Shown piece by piece: positions 36,465 through 48,999 of a stretch of DNA of 64,000 bases. Within the stretch, counting starts at the first letter, position 1. Each line of letters begins with the position of its first letter. The position numbers and the translations under genes were made by a program. Source of the stretch: Vitrella brassicaformis CCMP3155 (lineage: Eukaryota; Protista; Chromerida); NCBI GenBank assembly GCA_001179505.1, contig CDMY01000450.1:1-64000 (forward strand). Direction: 5' to 3'. Under the pieces are notes generated by a model. The model ran no database searches and was not told the DNA's origin. It saw nothing but the letters and a program-made list of their open reading frames with translations.

Positions 36465-39400
36465 ATGGCTACATCCGCCCCGTCATCGCGTCAGGGCGGC
36501 CCAAGTCAGCCAGTCGTCCCCCATGATAGTGAAGGAACCTCGACGGGAACAGGAAGCAGCTCGGGTTCGTGCCACAACAGTTCTTACAACACCAACATGT
36601 CCAGCAGCCCACCGTCTCCCTCTCCACTCGCTTTAGCGGCCGGCGGAGCCCAGAGCGGACCCTTCGCGCCCAACGGACCTGCCCCCATGCAGACCAGCAG
36701 TCCAAGGGCTCCCTCAGACCAAGCTCCCCTTCACCAACAGCACCAGCAACCTCAGCAGTCATCTATCAAGCCGTCTGAGCCCCAGTCCTTCGCCCACCCC
36801 TTTGCCGTCCCCACCACCGTCCCCCCAAATGCGGCCCATCCGTTCAGCGTGCCGCCAGTGCCGCGCTACCCCCCTCCCCCGCCCTCCCCCTCGCCAGGAA
36901 GCGCAGGCGATTCGCCGACGAGCACTGCCAGCAGCATGCACACACCGTATCGCAGGGAGCCGACCCTGATCCAGTCGGTTGCCGACATCAACGACATCTA
37001 CCAGATGAACGAGAAACTCGGCAGCGGATAGTAAGCTAATGACCACACAGCACAATGGGGCCAGAGAAACATGTTATGTGCATCGATTGCATTCGTGTGG
37101 TGTTTGGTGCAGCACTGGGGAAGTGTTTGACGCCGTGTGCCTGCGGACCGACCAGCAGCGCGCCATCAAACGCATCCACAAGACACGGCAGAAGTACATA
37201 GCACCCACACCCCCACATGGACACACAACACACACGCTCTCTCTGATTGCATCTCTCATTCTGTCCATCCAGGTTGGTTGTGGACGAGTCGTACTTCCGT
37301 GACATCTACGACTTCATCATTTGCCGCGGCCACCCCAACTTGGTCAACATCCGTGAGGTGCTCGAGGACTCCGAACACTTCTACATCGTGATGGAGAAGT
37401 GCAAGGGGCCCGACTTGGTGGACTTCGTGAAGTCGTTCGAGCCGGGCGGCATCCCGGAAGCGGACTGCAAGCGGATCATGAAGAACATACTCGCTGCTGT
37501 CCGACACCTGCATCAGCATAGGGTAAGCGAGTGGGGCAATGGAGGGATGGGTGGGTGGCCGACCTGGTGCCACGTGTCTCCGCTCCCTCCGCCAATCATC
37601 TATCTCATTTCTCCACCTCTCCGTATGTGTGATGTGTGATGTGTGGATGTGTGTGTTGGTCTGTCAGCTTCTGCATCGTGATATCAAGCTTGATAATGTG
37701 ATATTCCAGGACAGGCCTCGGAATGGAGGTCAGGTGGTGCTCCTGGACTTCGATATGTGTATGTTTATCGACCGAGCCGACCCCCCCAAGACCGTCGAGA
37801 AGGAGGACAAGGTCTCTGTAGCCGGCACACCAAGATACACGGTCAGTAAGGAAAGCAGGGAGGGACACAAAAAGACGGGCAATCAGTGAGGATGCCTGTG
37901 GCTGTGTGTGTGCAGGCGCCTGAGTGTTACAAGGGTCAGTACACCCCAGCGTCTGACCTCTGGTCGTGCGGCGTAATCCTGTAAGTCAGACAGCTAGACA
38001 TTGAGACACCAATGTCATCAAACCATCAACACACACAAGCATGCCGTGATGTGTGCAGGTACGCGTTGCTCACTCGTCGCTTCCCGTTCAACCTGACCCA
38101 GTGCAAAAGCAACCAGGAAGTGCAGGAGGTCCTCAGACAGGTAAGAATGAGTGCGAGATGCTTTGCACACGCAATGGATTCCTATGCTTATGTCCCATTC
38201 ATCTGTCTGTGTGTGTGTCAGGGTGTCAAGTTCGAGGACGCCGTGGTGCAGCGGTTCCCGGCGGCCACCGACCTCATAAGCTGGCTCCTCACCTACAACC
38301 CCAATGACAGACTATCCTCAGGTAGATCACACAGAGACTAAAGTTCTGCCACCTGGGTGCCGTGGGAGACGTGCCTGTGTCATGTGTGTGTCAGCTCAAG
38401 AGGCGTTGGATCATTTCTGGTTTAGACCGTCCCTCTTGGGCCGTCCCTACCCCCTCATCAAGGCGCCACCGCCCCCACCAGGGATGTGTCAGGCCCCCCC
38501 TGGCATGGCGCCCCCTGGCATGGCGCCCCCTGGCATGGCGGCCCCTGGCATGTCGCCCGCCGGTGGAGCCCAGGGCAGAACCTTCGCGCCAAACGGACCT
38601 GCCCCCATGCAGACCAGCAGCCCAGAGGCCATCTCACACTTAGCTCTCCTCCACCAACAGCAGCCGCCGTCATCCCTCCAGCCGTCTGAGCCCTCGTCCT
38701 TCGCCCACGGCCCCTTTGGCCTCCCCACCACCGTCCCCCCAAATGTGGCCCATCCGTTCAGCGTGCCGCCAGTGCCGCGCTACCCCCCTCCCCCGCCCTC
38801 CCCCTCGCCAGGAAGCGCAGGCGATTCGCCGACGAGCACTGCCAGCAGCATGCACACGCCGCATCGCAGGGAGCCGACCCTGATCCAGTCGGTTGCCGAC
38901 ATCAACGACATCTACCAGATGAACGAGGAATTCGGCAGCGGACAGTAAGCTAATGACCACACAGCACAATGGGGCCAGAGAAACATGTTATGTGCATCGA
39001 TCATTCGTGTGGTGTTTGGTGCAGCACTGGGGAAGTGTTTGACGCCGTGTGCCTGCGGACCGACCAGCAGCGCGCCATCAAGCGCATCCACAAGACACGC
39101 CAGAAGTACATACCACCCGCACCCCCACATACACACATCCGGTTCCCTGGACATACACGCTCTCTCTGATTGCATCTCTCATTCTGTCCATCCAGGTTGG
39201 TTGCGAATGAGTCGTACTTCCGTGATATCTACGACTTCATCATTCGCCGCGGCCACCCCAACATGGTCGAGATCCGTGAGGTGCTCGAGGACCCCGAGCA
39301 CTTCTACATCGTGATGGAAAAGTGCGAGGGGGCTGACCTGGTGGACTTCGTGAAGTCGTTCGAGCCGGGCGGCATCCCTGAGGCGGACTGCAAGCGGATC

Positions 39401-40641
39401 ATGAAGGACATACTCTCTGCTGTCCGACACCTGCATGAGCATAGGGTAAGTGGGTGGGGCAATGGAGGGAGGGATGGATGGGTGGGTGGCCCACCTGCGC
39501 ATGTCTCCCTCCCCACCAATCATCTCACTTGTCCATCTCTCCCTGCGGTGTGTGTGTCAGCTACTGCATCGTGATATCAAGATGGACAACGTGCTTTTCA
39601 AGGACCGGCCTGGAGGTCAGGTGGTGCTCCTGGACTTCGATATGTGCATGTTTATCGACCGAGCCGACTCCCCCAAGACCGTCGAGGAGGAGGACAAGGT
39701 CTCTGTAGTCGGCACAAGAGAGTACATGGTACGCAACAAGGGAAGCAAGCAAGACAGCAGCAACGGGCAGACAGTGGGGAAGATGTCTTCGGCTGTCTGT
39801 GTGTGTGCAGACTCCTGAGTGTTACAAGGGTCAGAAGGGTCAGTACACCCAGGCGTCAGACCTCTGGGGATGCGGCGTCATCCTGTAAGTCAGAGAGAGA
39901 GAGACACCAATGTCATCAAACCATCAACACACACAAATCATCATCACACCCTCTGTGTGTGCAGGTACGTGTTAATCACTGGTAATTTCCCATTCATCCT
40001 GTCCGAGTGCAAAAGCAGCCGGGAAGTGCGAAGGGTTCTCAGACAGGTAAGGATGAGCGCGAGACGCTTTACACACACACAACGGATTCATATGCTCGCG
40101 CGTGTGTCAGGGTTTCCTCAAGTTCGAGGACGCCGTAGTGCAGCGTTTCCCTGCTGCCACCGACCTCATAAGCTGGCTCCTCACCTACCACCCCAATGAC
40201 AGACTATCCTCAGGTAGATCGCACAGAGAGAGGAGCTCTGCCACCTAGGTGCCGTGGGAGACGTGCCTGTGTCACGTGTGTGTTGTGTCAGCTCAAGAGG
40301 CGTTGGATCATTCCTGGTTTGGACCGTCCCTCTTGGGCGAGCCCTGCCCCCTCACCATGCCAACCATGTGGCCCCCTGGCATGTCGCCCCCTGGCATGTC
40401 GCCCCCTGGCATGTCGCCCCCTGGCATGTCGCCCCCTGGCATGGCGCCCCCTGGCATGGCGCCCCCTGGCATGGCGCCCCCTGGCATGGCGCCCCCTGGC
40501 ATGGCGCCCCCCGGCAGCTCCCCTGTGCACAACCCATTCGCCCACGTGTCGCCGAACCCATCGCCATCCCCGCTGACGCCGCGAGCACAATCGCTGGAGC
40601 TGCCCCACGACGGCCACCCCGTCCACCCACATCGGCAGCCA
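36465..40641 (+). CDS. CAMK-type Ser/Thr kinase gene with two tandem kinase domains (DFD instead of DFG); may continue to ~42270
   Basis: Two ~1.9 kb exon-intron units, each GSG(Y/H)TGEV, RAIKRI, HP..FYIVMEKC, LLHRDIK(L/M)DN, LLDFDMC, GT..Y.|(A/T)PECY, SDLW.CGVIL, AQEALDH.WF; ORF 38304..38948 runs from the end of domain A into the start of domain B without a stop. Confidence 0.88.
38496..38555 (+). repeat. 15-bp coding minisatellite (PPGM[A/S] x4) at the kinase duplication junction
   Basis: CCCCCTGGCATGGCG units. Confidence 0.9.
40372..40515 (+). repeat. 15-bp coding minisatellite: PPGMS x4, PPGMA x5, plus a partial unit
   Basis: CCCCCTGGCATG(T/G)CG tandem array. Confidence 0.95.
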
Positions 40642-40740
40642 GTAAGCAGATGAGATGCGCACAGCAACACGAAAGATTTGGGGGGGAGATTATTTGGAAT
40701 GTGTTGTGACTTCGTGTGTGCCTGTGAGTGTCCGATGCAG

Positions 40741-42274
40741 GCCCTGACAGTTGAGATGGGGAACCATGCGTCCAATCAGAGCCAGGGCAGCTCACCCACC
40801 CCGCAGCCCAGCCCCACTCACCAGCAGCAACGCCACAACACATCCGGGAGCGACAGTGCGGAGGGCCTCATCTCGCCCAACGCCATCAGCCGTCTGGACC
40901 AGGCCATCAGACACACCGTGGATGGTGACATGGGTGGGGAGGGGCTGGTGTCCATGGGGCTGGTCGGCATGGGCCATGAGGGCGGTGACGACGGGCGGGG
41001 GATGGACATGGACGAGGCGGACGGCCGCTCATTCACTGACGCACACAGCAACCTGGGAGCCGGCACTGCTGGTACGTCAGGAAAGGCACCACAATACCCC
41101 CTCCCACCACACTCGTCAGAGGTAGTTCTGTGCCATGCCTTTGTCGTGTTGTGTGCAGAGTTGATGAGTCCGGCCTTCTCTCACTCGACCGGCCCGGCTG
41201 ATGTGACCAATTTCAGCAGCACAGCCCCATCACTGCAGCAGCCCCCATCACTGCAGCAGCCCCAGGCACTGCCCCAGCCAGGCATTCCATCGCAGAAGAG
41301 AAGTGCAGCGCTGACCGCCGCCGCTGGGCAGCAGCAGCGGCAGCAGCAGAACTTCTTCGCGTTGATCCCGTCCTCTCTATCGCTCATGGATGAGGGGCAG
41401 GGTGCCAGTGGGGCGGGGCGGGGGCAGGGACAGGATGCATCTAGCAGCATCACTGGCACAGGTGGGTGGGTCTGACGGTTGGCTTGGTGGTGCTCGCTCA
41501 TGTGTCTCGGTCGTGTCTCATTCTGGTCGATCAGGTGGTGCCAAGTTGGTTCCGATCGGTCGCACCTGGCAGACGGGCAGTGCTGCCAGTACTGCGGAGC
41601 CCCAGACGAATCCCAAGCAAGAGTCACCCAGTGTGGCATGTAAGTGAAAAATTGGCTGATCAATCACCAATGGGACGCACTTTTGCGTGTCTCTTTCCTC
41701 CTTTGCTTTTTCAACCCAGGTTGTGAGTTGCTGAGCCCGACGCTCGGTCACGGCACTATGACGGTGGGCAGCAGCGGGTCAGCTCTCTTCGACTCATCTC
41801 ACGTGGCCACCCTCGCACTCTCCCACACCCCCCAGTCCCTATGGCCAGGCATCACACACTTGGGCCCCCACATCCAGGGCAACGGGAGTGGGGGTATCCT
41901 CGCCCCGTGGGAAGACTCACGGCCACAGACCATGACGGCACTGCTGACCGGGGCCGCTGGGCAGCAGCAGCAGGACTCGTTCACGTGGCCTCGGTCATCT
42001 CTGTCGCTCATGGATGAGGGGAAAGGTGCCACTGGGACGGGGATGGGACAAGGAATGGCTGGCAGGGCACAGGATGCATCTAGCAGCTCCACTGGCACAG
42101 GTGGGTGGGTCTGAAGGTTGGCTTGGTGGTGCTCGCTCATGTGTCTCGGTTGTGTCTCGTTCTGGTCGATCAGGTGGTGCCAAGTTGGTTTCAATGAGTC
42201 GCAGTCGGCAGAGTAAGGGTGGTGCCGGGCTGTGTATGTGCATGGGGAGTGGGTTGTGCGCTGCATGTCAATGA
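40741..42274 (+). CDS. Low-complexity coding exons, either the kinase C-terminal tail or a separate MGNHAS-initiated protein; contains an exon-intron duplication
   Basis: Acceptor at 40740 is in phase with donor at 40642; ATG 40756 gives MGNHASNQ; duplicated unit ~41310-41555 vs ~41940-42190. Confidence 0.5.
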
Positions 42275-42741
42275 AAATTCATGTCTTTGTGGGCCCGGTA
42301 CATGATGGCTGCTTAATGGGAGACACACGACGGATACACCCACGAGCAATGGGAAACACTGACGTGCCACGATGCAATGCGCTGAGCGGACAGAGACGTC
42401 TTTTCGTTGAGCAATGAAGACCACTATCCCACTTCACTCACACACGTGTTCGCTAACAGCCATCGTCCTCACACCCGAGCACACCCTCCTGGCTCCATCC
42501 ATCCAGCCAGCCAGCCAGCCAGCGGCGGAGATATTTGTGTGCACTTTCAACAGATATAAAATGCAGGCAACGATCATTTGGTGACGAAGGATTCTCTGGC
42601 CTTTACGCTCGGTGGTCTGCAGTCAAGCCACAAATTCACAGCCACAAATTCACAGCGGGGCGGTGTCTTCCCTTCCCTCTTCATTGCCAGTAGATTGCTG
42701 CTGCTGGCCGGGGGCTGCGGGTGTCATGCCGGGAGGAGCCG

Positions 42742-43600
42742 TCAGGCCAGGCTGCGGCGGTGGGTCCCTGCTGCTGGCGAGGGGCTGGTCTTAGACGCTT
42801 CAGATGATCCGATACCGTCTTCACTGGCGTTGAGGAAGGATTGAAGCGAAGTGAGGGGGAACAGACAGAGGGCGCCGGCACACAGACAGACAGAGACATC
42901 GCCACAATTTTCCTTTCCTGCCGCGATCTGCTTTGTCTTGGCTATGCGGGATCCGGAAGGCTGGCATATACAAGGATAGGAAACAATGATGGAAAGGAAA
43001 GATACAGCGGATGTGTCACATGTCGTGTGTGCCATGATATATGAGACAAGCCTACCATGAGTGTCTGTGCCGCCGCACGCACTTTCCACGACGCTGTCAG
43101 GTCGTTCCCAGCAGCCAACAACAACCTAGAGAAATGGAGACAAACAAAGAGGAATCAGAGGCACACACAAAGAGACGCCAAGCTCTGTCTGTGTCGGTAT
43201 AGTGTAGGAGGGTACCTTGCTGTGCCGCAGTACTTCGTTCTTCCCCTTGGCCTGCACCTCCAATGCCTCAGGTGCCTTGATGGCCTGCTGCAGCTGCACC
43301 TCCACCAGCCTCTTGACCTTTATGTGCCTGTCATTCTCGGCTGAGGCGGTCAAGAGCACCACTCATGTGGCTGGCGGTGTAGCCACGGGCACTCCTCGAG
43401 AGACCCAAGGTCGCCGTGCAGCTGCCTCACACACGCCTGGTCACCTGTGAGCGCACGCCGGGCCTGCAGGCGGTTGTTGTCTGCCCGCAGGCGATCGGCC
43501 TCCTTCTCCTCCCTCGCCCGTCTGACAAAGTCTTCGTTGGCGCTCTGAGGCTTCTGATAAAGTGTAGCAAAAGGAATGCTCTAATTGTTCATCGCGTCGT
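42742..43600 (-). CDS. Possible small multi-exon hypothetical gene
   Basis: Coding-like segments (EDFVRRAREEKEADRLRADNNRLQARR; HIKVKRLVEVQLQQAIKAPEALEV; LLLAAGNDLTASWKVRAAAQTLM) bounded by splice-like sites; full frame not resolved. Confidence 0.35.
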
Positions 43601-44901
43601 CTCCAATTGTTTGTCTCACATTCTCGACGGTTTTTTCTTGCCGTTCGCTCTTTTTTTTCCGTAGCTGATTCCGTTGCGGTTCTGCTCGGACACGTCAAGA
43701 CGTCATTTGCCGTCACGTTGCGTGTGCTCCAGCATATCTCGAGGCGGCTCTTCCGATCTCAAGCACGCTCCCAACCATCATTCACGAGGCAGTCAGAGTC
43801 AGCGCATCAGTGAGTAAAGCCAATGGGCGCGGTGAGCGCTTCTACTCTCCCAACCAACCTCACTGATGCGCCTTGCTTCATTGTCTCCAGCTGAAGAGCT
43901 TGGAAGCGAAGAGGAAAAAACGGCTAGCAGCAAACCCTGATCGGACGTCTCAGGCCCGGTTGCATTCTCCCATATGTAAACGGATGGTCTCTTCACATCG
44001 TACTTGCTGTGGCAGCGCTTATTACCTGTTCTGGTCACGCATTATGAACGCGACCGACATGCTCGCCGCAATTGGCGAGAAACAGGGAGGATGAAGGGAC
44101 ACATGTGCGATGACCGACCAACAGGCACCCCACCAATCGTTTAGGGCAGGCACGGGGACTGACACAGGCACGCACCATACGTTGCTCTCTCAAAAGACAA
44201 AGACAAAGACGAGCAGACGGCCGCCCGGGCCGCTCCCTGTCTATCGATCGGTGTATGAACGCCACACACATATGCATCATGTACACGAACCGCGTCAGCC
44301 CCAACGACACGCACACACACACACACACACAGGGAGTCTCATGGTGAGGGAGAGGGAGAGGGAGAGGGAGAGAAGAGGACAAGAGACCAGCCACGCACTG
44401 CTCAGGCAAGACAGGCAGGGGGAGGGACACAAGAAAACGGCTAGTAGGTATGCATGTGTGAAATATGAGACTAGATGGAGACTAGAATGAGACTACATTG
44501 ACCGACACACTGCACCCTACAAAACCGACTGGAGCCTTAAAAACACATACACAATTCTCGCCTCTGGATCGACTGCACAGCACAGCACAGCACTCGGGAG
44601 CCCCGTGCAGCACACAAGCAAGCCCACAGACCGCCCCGGCCGGCCCTTATGCATCCCCCAAATTAATCCCTCACTTCCCTTTGAGAAACACAGAAAATAC
44701 TCATTCGAGCGCTAGCTAATTAGCCACGACACGACACAGCCCCGCCATGAATGCAATGCCATCCATCCATCCACCTACCTGCACCCTGTAAGGACATATG
44801 CACGTCTGTCTACTTCTGCAAGCCTTGCTCCTTCTCAGCGCCGCCCCACGCAGACAACCGACCCAACAGCTCATCGCGAGCACCGCTGTCACCCAGATAG
44901 C

Positions 44902-47900
44902 CTACACAAACGCATGGATACCATCTAGGAGGTACCCACACTCGCAAATCTTTTCACGTGTGCCAGGTATACCGTGGTTGGACAAGTAGCCGTCCGGCCG
45001 GATGAGAGCGAACGCCCCACAGCGTCCAGTGCCCACCCTCACGCCGCCCGCATAGATACCTGTGTAGTCGATGGACGCCTCTGCTCTTACGCCGGTGGTC
45101 GTGGCCGCTGGTGGGGGAGAGTTGTGCTGCGGCTTTCTGAGTGGCACCTGGCCGCACTCTGAGGCGGGATTGTGGAGCATCCTGATGGGGTCCATCAGCT
45201 TGGACCATGGGGAGGGGGAGGGGTCCTCTTGAAGGGACAGCTTGAAACGGTTAACGACCTGGATGATTAAACCGCCAGCCGATAGTCTGTCCGTGTCGAT
45301 CTTATTATTGTCCCTTTTCTGCTCACCTCTCCCTCCGCGTCCCAGCCGACGAACAGCTCGTTATCTTCCACGGCACGGTCCAGCCTACCGACAGACACCA
45401 ACACAGAACACACACAAAAAGAAAAACAGTGGTTAGTCATTTCCCTCGCTGCACACCACACCCCCTCTCTGTCCTCATCACTTTCTCGCCATGAGCTCGG
45501 TCAGGAAGGCCACGCAGTCGGCATTGGAAGAGGCCGCGTCATGCACGCCACCACCACCACCCTCGCACCACGACTCGCCAAACGCCGGCAGCTCGCCCAC
45601 CTGAGCAGCTGTAGCTGCAGGTGGATACTGTGTTGGCGGAGGCAGAGAAGCGAACCGCTGGGAGAGCAAGGGCAGTACTGGAATGATGCTCGCCTTGCCG
45701 GCTGTCAGGACAAAGACGGCCCTGATGGGAACATGGGTGCCGTAGGTGATGGAGTTGAACGGGCGAATGGCATGACATGCGAATGTGGTGGCCTCTTCGA
45801 GCATAGAGGCCAACACACCTGACAAACCAAAGCAACGACACACAGTGGGCGGGCGCATACATGCATTGCACTGACGACCTCCTTGCCTTCATTTACCTAC
45901 CTGCGTCGATGACTGAAGTGAGTGAAGGTGGTAGCTCCCCGGATGACTCGACGGATCGGGGAGACAAAATGCGCTGCGGTCCAGTGTGGGCAGCCGTCGG
46001 GTCGAATGGCAGCCGCACACACACCAGCAGCGTGTGGTGGGGGCCCGACAGCAACTGATGACACACAGCACAGCAACACGACGGGCGGGCGGTGGGGGAG
46101 GGACACCGTTTGTAGTCTGTGTCCCGTTTCGTTCGCTCACCTGATGCAGTCTCACGAAGGACATGTTGGTGCCGTCGTCCATCTTGGCCAGCATGGCATC
46201 AGGTGCTCGTTGGCCAGGCCTCAGAGACCCGGACATCCACACACGACCACACACCGCTCTGCAGCGACAACAAGGAGACAACAGGCCATTGAACGCATTC
46301 TCACTCTCTGCAGCAAGCCATAATAGTCTCTCTGACGTGTTGGCCGGGTAGCTGATGTTGATCTGTGCCGCCTTGCAGGTGAGGGCCTCGTTGACGGAGC
46401 TGAAGCCGATGAGTGTTGGGCAGAAGGCCTTGATCGCCCAGCGCACCCATTTACTCCCACTCGCAATCGACCGGCATGGTGTTGTCGTGATCAGACGGGC
46501 GTGGCCTATGCAGACAGACAGATGGAAGCATAGAGGTCGGTGGGGATGACGGACGGACAGAAGAGGTCAAGGCTTGGGTGCGCACTCACCGCCGACGGCT
46601 CTCCGCTCCTGGTCATATGTGTCAAGGAGGGCGTCGGGGGCAGAGCCCTTGACAACCAAAGCCAACTTCCACCTGAACCACAGAACAGACAGACCACACG
46701 AGTGAATGGAGGTCCATTCCTCCACGAATCCCTCTCTCACTCACCCGAGGTTGTACGCGTCTTGAATGGCGTCGTTCAGCCCCTGAAAATAAACAACACA
46801 CGACAGGCATGGATCCATCCATCCATCCATCCATCTCATGCTTGTCCTTGAGACGCACCTGATGCAGCAGAGGTGGGTGCATGACGGCAGCTCCGCCGGC
46901 CACGAGGACGTTGCCCCGCCTAAATGACGTCACCGATCGCGACACTATCTCGCTCCTGCTGATCGAGTTGATGCGAACCAAACGGCTGGATGGAACAGCC
47001 TGGACGCACCACCACATAGTGGCCGGGTGAACTCTATCCGACTGACCATCCTGACCCCACCCACCTACCTTTTGGATCATGAATTCTAGTTCTTCCCTCG
47101 TCGGCAAAACCAGCTCCCCCTCCTCAATCGCCTCGCCCTTCTCGTCCTTGTCACCCACATCACTGCGCTTGGGCGGCTGGGGCGACAAGAACGCCGTTAG
47201 CGCAGTCCCCTGAGTGCTGATCGATGGGCTGCGGAGTGGCGGCGCGTGCAGGTACCATCGCTGGTTGCTGCTGGCGGGGCTGCTGATGTCCTCGCTGATG
47301 GACCTGCTGTTGGTGGCCACCGGGCAGTCCGTTGGAGGCGCTGTCGTCGTACTGGCCGAGTCGTCTGTGGGCGGCAGTAGCAGCTGAACGGGCGCCTGTG
47401 CCTGTCTGGCTTTGTCGACGGGCCGATGGACAGTCAGATGCCACCTGGAGCCCTCTTCTGATGTGACGCCCTTCTCAAGGCCGACAGCGCACATGGCCAC
47501 ACCGTCGCCCAGGAGCATATTGTACTTAGCATCATCAATGTTTAAACTCCAGTGCTGCGCACAAGACAGACAACTCGCATGCCGTCCTTCTTTGCCATGT
47601 TTTGTCAGTACCAACCAGGTTGACGTCAGCGGTGATAAAGGAGCCCGCACTCATCCGGGTGGCAGTGGACTTGAACTTGACGCTTTCCCTTACGAATGAG
47701 TCGAACCCGTCAGCGCCCACACAATACTTGCATCGGATGCTATGGCCCTCGTTCAGCAGCGTCACGAGAATCTCGTTGCTGCCGTCATTGGCCACCGTGA
47801 TGTCGCACACGAAGTCGTCGGCGATGATCCGACTCGAGTCGAGGCGCTCCCGCAGGATGGACTTGAGATCGCGCTGACAACCAACGAAGAAACAAGGCAA

Positions 47901-48425
47901 TGGTACGGGCATGAATGACACAGACATCTCGATATGGGTACCTGCTCGAGTGTGACAGGCAAGGAGAAGATCGACGACTGCTTGATGACGGAAGAGTCGT
48001 ATAGCCAGTCGACGCAGAGGTCGCCGTACAGATAGACCCTCTCTCCTGTCTGCACTCTGCCCCTGCGCATGATCTCGCTGCTGACATCCAGATCTGCATA
48101 CACACAACACGCCAGCAAACACAACCATTAATTATATGCCGCATGTCATGTGCCAGCATGTGACTGAGCGTCTCCCTCGTTTGCTCCGCTGACCTTCAAA
48201 CATCTCCAGGCTCCTCGGCTGCAGTATGACGTCTCCATACCCTTCGGCATCACCACTGTCAGCGAGTAGCTGGCTCTCCCTGGCGCCCATATGAGCTGCA
48301 CTCGATGCGCTGCTGTGCTCAACAAGGACGAAATCCACCCCTCTCCGTTGCAGATCGCACGCCAAAGTAAGCGCAGTCACAGTGCTGCCGATGACGACGG
48401 CGTCCACAGACCCGACGTCTGCCAT
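44902..48425 (-). CDS. FAD-dependent monooxygenase family protein (PheA/TfdB-like) with degenerate FAD-binding motifs, multi-exon
   Basis: DAVVIGSTVTALTLACDLQRRGVDFVLVE, LQPRSLEMF, YCVGADGFDSFVRE, VLVAGGAAVMHPP, GLNDAIQDAYNLG|WKLALVVKGSAPDALLDTYDQERR, PGQRAPDA, ALIRPDGY. Confidence 0.88.
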
Positions 48426-48999
48426 CCTGTAGTCCGCTGGCAGCCCCAGGCGCCGACACAGAGCTACTCAACAGCGATCAAAGTCTCTTGACACGTCGAG
48501 CGATGTGTTGTCCTGCGTGTGGAAGAGGGATGTGTTGTTGTGGCAGATCTTCAGCGCGCCTCACATAAGCTCGCATATTTCGGATCGCGAGGGGGAAAAA
48601 CACTCCCAGGTTCTCAGCGTTCAAGCGGCGTGAACAGCTCAGTCGACGCACAAGAAGAAGATTTCAGCCTCCATTGCACCCGCATATGGTGCATGAATTC
48701 ATCGCGAGAGGTGCGGAGTTCCAGCGATGGTGTTTCATGGCCTCATGGTTGTGGAGCGGTCTTCATCGCGCCTGCTCTCCCAATGTGCCGTCACGCCAAG
48801 ATTCGGGCTGCCCATGGCGGGCAAGTCGGAGGAATGTGCACGAGAGGGTGATGATGCAGATGCCGCCGGCGAGGACCCTTTCATGTTTGCTTTGAGGCTA
48901 TCGGGACGGCTGCAGCTTCTCATCCACTCTGGTAAGCCGAGAGAAGGAAGATCCATACCGAAGTGACGTTGCAACCCATCTTCGTCTTTGCTCTCAGGT

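Noticed and set aside
40372-40515. Regular short repeat array resembling CRISPR
   Set aside because: 15-bp units are directly adjacent with no unique spacers, lie in coding frame, and the genome is eukaryotic with no cas genes
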